From the IMG/VR virus record IMGVR_UViG_3300030330_005866, positions 1 to 46,019 of that record: a stretch of DNA of 46,019 nucleotides; one strand, written 5' to 3'. Position 1 is the first letter of the stretch; every line of letters begins with the position of its first letter. Positions 43,428-46,019 of the stretch are shown here, piece by piece. The position numbers and the translations under genes were made by a program. The DNA comes from a virus (Duplodnaviria; Caudoviricetes). Under the pieces are notes generated by a model. The model saw only the letters and a list, made by a program, of their open reading frames with translations, made no database searches and was not told the DNA's origin.

Positions 43428-44137
43428 GAATATTAACAACATACAATCAAAAAATTTATGATTTTTCGGCGCATAAATTGATTGAGTCGAGTCGGAAGTT
43501 TTTGCCAGATGTCCAGATTTTAGAGTATAATGAAGATAGAGTTCATGAGATTCCTGAATTTGTAAATGTTTTTAAGGCAAATAAAGATATTATATTAAAA
43601 GCGCAGGGCGGAGATGCGGATTCGATTCCGTCAACTGGCGGATGGCAATTTAATTCCCGTTGGTTTAATTGGTTTAAAAAAATAGCTGTTCAATACGATT
43701 GTATAAAAAGAAATAAATATAATGGATATACTTTATTTTTTGACGCTGATATAAGAATTATAAATACATTTAGCCAAGAACAAATAGATTTACCAAAAGC
43801 TATTGGCATATTCCAAGGAAATAGAGAAATAGCAGAAACCGGATTCTTGATTTTAAATGAAAATAATTTTGGAGTGATCGAATTTTATGATCAATTAATT
43901 CAATTCTATCTTTCTGGAGAATTTAGGAAATACTTTCGCTGGGATGACAGCTTTTCTATCACAAAGATCAAAAATAGAAATCCAGATTTAGTTGAAGATT
44001 TGGCAAAGAATGCTTGTGCTGGAGAATTTACAAATACCAATAACCACTCAACCGCCCAACAGATAATACCTTTCACCAAATGGGGTAAATACGTAGAACA
44101 CGACAAAGGAATTCATTGTAGAAATAATATATCATGA
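43409..44137 (+). CDS. Putative glycosyltransferase (GT-A, DxD)
   Basis: FFDAD, ETGF, WDDS, HDKG. Confidence 0.6.
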   Translation: MESFKVRILTTYNQKIYDFSAHKLIESSRKFLPDVQILEYNEDRVHEIPEFVNVFKANKDIILKAQGGDADSIPSTGGWQFNSRWFNWFKKIAVQYDCIKRNKYNGYTLFFDADIRIINTFSQEQIDLPKAIGIFQGNREIAETGFLILNENNFGVIEFYDQLIQFYLSGEFRKYFRWDDSFSITKIKNRNPDLVEDLAKNACAGEFTNTNNHSTAQQIIPFTKWGKYVEHDKGIHCRNNIS

Positions 44138-44853
44138 ATCAAAATAATTTAAGATTTTACATTGCTACAGACGGCACGGCGATGCAAAAAGCCGAAATGG
44201 CTCTTGTTTATAGCATACAAAAAGTTTGCTCGGTTCCATTTTCAGTTCACTTTATGGACAAACATCGGCCCGATCCGTTGTGGCACGGTTGGAACGATAA
44301 AAAATGGTACACGCCTTTCTCCAACTTTAGATTTGCTATTCCCGAAGTCAACGGTTTTCAAGGTCGGGCAGTTTATATGGACGTAGACCAAATAGTCTTA
44401 AAAGACCCAAAAGAATTATTTGAATTAGAAATTCCCGAAGATAAAGCGTGGCTTGCTCTTGATGCAAATAGAACAGATGTAATGTTAATGGATTGCGCTA
44501 AATTTAAAAATATAGCAAATTGGCCGTCAATCGAAGAGCAGAAACAAAGCAATAATAACATAGGTCATTATGTTCAAAAGATAAAAGACTGTTGGTCGCC
44601 GTTGCCAAAAAGGTGGTGCTGTAACGATGGCGGGATAGCCAGTAATCAAGGCAATAAAATAGAAACTGATCCATACGACCCTGAGACCACTTGTTTGATG
44701 CACTATACTCAAATGAATTGGCAACCTTGGAAGCCGTATCCTGAAAAATTTAAGTATCCGCCGCATCCTCACGCCCGTGCTGAATCATTATGGTGGCAAA
44801 TGTACGCAGGAGCATTAGAATCTAAAATAAATTTCATAAAAAATAATTTATGA
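44134..44853 (+). CDS. Glycosyltransferase, GT8-like
   Basis: TPFSNFRFAIPE...AVYMDVD...HYT...QPW. Confidence 0.75.
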   Translation: MNQNNLRFYIATDGTAMQKAEMALVYSIQKVCSVPFSVHFMDKHRPDPLWHGWNDKKWYTPFSNFRFAIPEVNGFQGRAVYMDVDQIVLKDPKELFELEIPEDKAWLALDANRTDVMLMDCAKFKNIANWPSIEEQKQSNNNIGHYVQKIKDCWSPLPKRWCCNDGGIASNQGNKIETDPYDPETTCLMHYTQMNWQPWKPYPEKFKYPPHPHARAESLWWQMYAGALESKINFIKNNL

Positions 44854-45419
44854 AAACTAACGGGACAACAGAAGCCGAAGATTGGTTCATCGGTTTAGAT
44901 TCCAAAAAGCCTTGGAAGCTTGAAAAAGCTTTAAAAACAATGTCATCATTTAAATTAAATGCTGATGATGTACCTTTAATAATTAAATTAGTAGAAAATC
45001 CAAAATATGATATCGGTTTATTTGCTGGGAACGTTAGCCTTCATAACCATGATTGTATTCATTTGCTTCTTGGTAGAGGACTCGGCGTAAAAGATGAAGC
45101 TTTTGCCATTGGTTATACAATGGGAAGCACTAAAAAAATGTGGCGTTGGCGAAGAAATTTGTATATGTTTTGCGCCAAATATTTATTTCCAAAAGAATAC
45201 AGATTCGGAGAAGAAGAACGTTGGGTATTTAATATGGGAGTAATGGCTGGAAGTCGATGTCCAACAGATTTGTCGCGAGTAGATTTTAGTGATTATGATT
45301 TTTATACTTTAAACTTTTTGCGAAAAGATTTAGGGATTGACAAAAAACTGTTAAAAAAATGTTATGAAATCGAAAAGCAATTCTTCCCCAAAAGCAAAGA
45401 GAGCCAAAGATTATTATGA
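44850..45419 (+). CDS. Coq4-like HDxxH protein
   Basis: HDCIHLLLG...DEAF metal-binding-type motif. Confidence 0.5.
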   Translation: MKTNGTTEAEDWFIGLDSKKPWKLEKALKTMSSFKLNADDVPLIIKLVENPKYDIGLFAGNVSLHNHDCIHLLLGRGLGVKDEAFAIGYTMGSTKKMWRWRRNLYMFCAKYLFPKEYRFGEEERWVFNMGVMAGSRCPTDLSRVDFSDYDFYTLNFLRKDLGIDKKLLKKCYEIEKQFFPKSKESQRLL

Positions 45420-45621
45420 GTATATTGGCTGGATCAGCATGGTATTCATTGTTTTTGGATACTATCTCAATGCCAATCAAATGATCGCGTGTTGGCCCGT
45501 TTGGTTTGTTAGTAATATCGCGATGGGAACATATTGCTGCCTCAAGAAAACTTATCCACCTGCAATTTTATCTTTTGGAATTGCTTTGTTAAACATTTAT
45601 GGGTATATTAGTTGGAAATGA
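45364..45621 (+). CDS. Small PnuC-like membrane protein
   Basis: Three TM segments, WPVWFVSN, NIYGYISW; start uncertain. Confidence 0.55.
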   Translation: MKSKSNSSPKAKRAKDYYEYIGWISMVFIVFGYYLNANQMIACWPVWFVSNIAMGTYCCLKKTYPPAILSFGIALLNIYGYISWK

Positions 45622-46019
45622 AAGTAAGTATTGTTAGCGGCGGTTTTGATCCGGTTCATGTGGGCCATTTAGAATTATTCCAAAAAGCTAGAGATTTAAG
45701 CGATGCTCTTTGGGTTATTGTAAATAGTGATGACTTTTTGGCAAATAAGAAAGGCCAAGCGTTTATGCCGTTCGATGAACGAGCCACAATCCTTAGCAAC
45801 TTTAGAGTCGTTGATTTAGTTATTGCGAGCATGGACATTGATAATACAGTCCGCGCCACTTTAGCGACTCTAAAAGAAAAATACCCTCAAAACGAATATC
45901 TGTTTTGCAATGGCGGAGACAGAACAAGTGGAGAAAATACTCCAGAACATAAACTTTGCATGGAGGTAGGTATTGAACCTGTTTACGGATTGGGCGAAAA
46001 AATCCAAAGCAGTAGTTGG
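45618..46019 (+). CDS. Cytidylyltransferase-family (HxGH) nucleotidyltransferase, truncated by window edge
   Basis: MKVSIVSGGFDPVHVGH...VNSDDFL..KKG..FMPFDER...FCNGGDR. Confidence 0.88.
   Translation, partial: MKVSIVSGGFDPVHVGHLELFQKARDLSDALWVIVNSDDFLANKKGQAFMPFDERATILSNFRVVDLVIASMDIDNTVRATLATLKEKYPQNEYLFCNGGDRTSGENTPEHKLCMEVGIEPVYGLGEKIQSSSW

Overview
AT-rich, gene-dense segment that most likely comes from a large tailed dsDNA phage (standard genetic code). Genes run on the minus strand to about 14.4 kb and mostly on the plus strand after that. It carries replication and nucleotide genes (DnaB-like helicase, RecA-like, NrdAB, dNMP kinase, dCMP deaminase), two sigma factors, translation parts (tRNA-Thr, tRNA-Gly, tmRNA, bS21), many glycan-modification genes and amino-acid catabolic genes (ALDH, saccharopine/lysine dehydrogenase family, ornithine cyclodeaminase, proline dehydrogenase). 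The most striking feature is a family of 10 dispersed non-coding elements. Each has a 67-nt core, 8 of the 10 add a 3' pseudoknot module, and all lie in the sense orientation at gene or transcript 3' ends. Compensatory base changes support up to three hairpin-loop pseudoknots per element, and each copy has a fixed-length 6-nt window with a different sequence. Four copies bracket an orphan TnpB/Cas12f-like RuvC gene that has no transposase or CRISPR array in the window. Two long hairpin-rich intergenic regions look like unclassified ncRNAs, and two or three promoter classes appear to drive near-leaderless mRNAs. All calls come from reading motifs by eye; no searches or folding programs were run.
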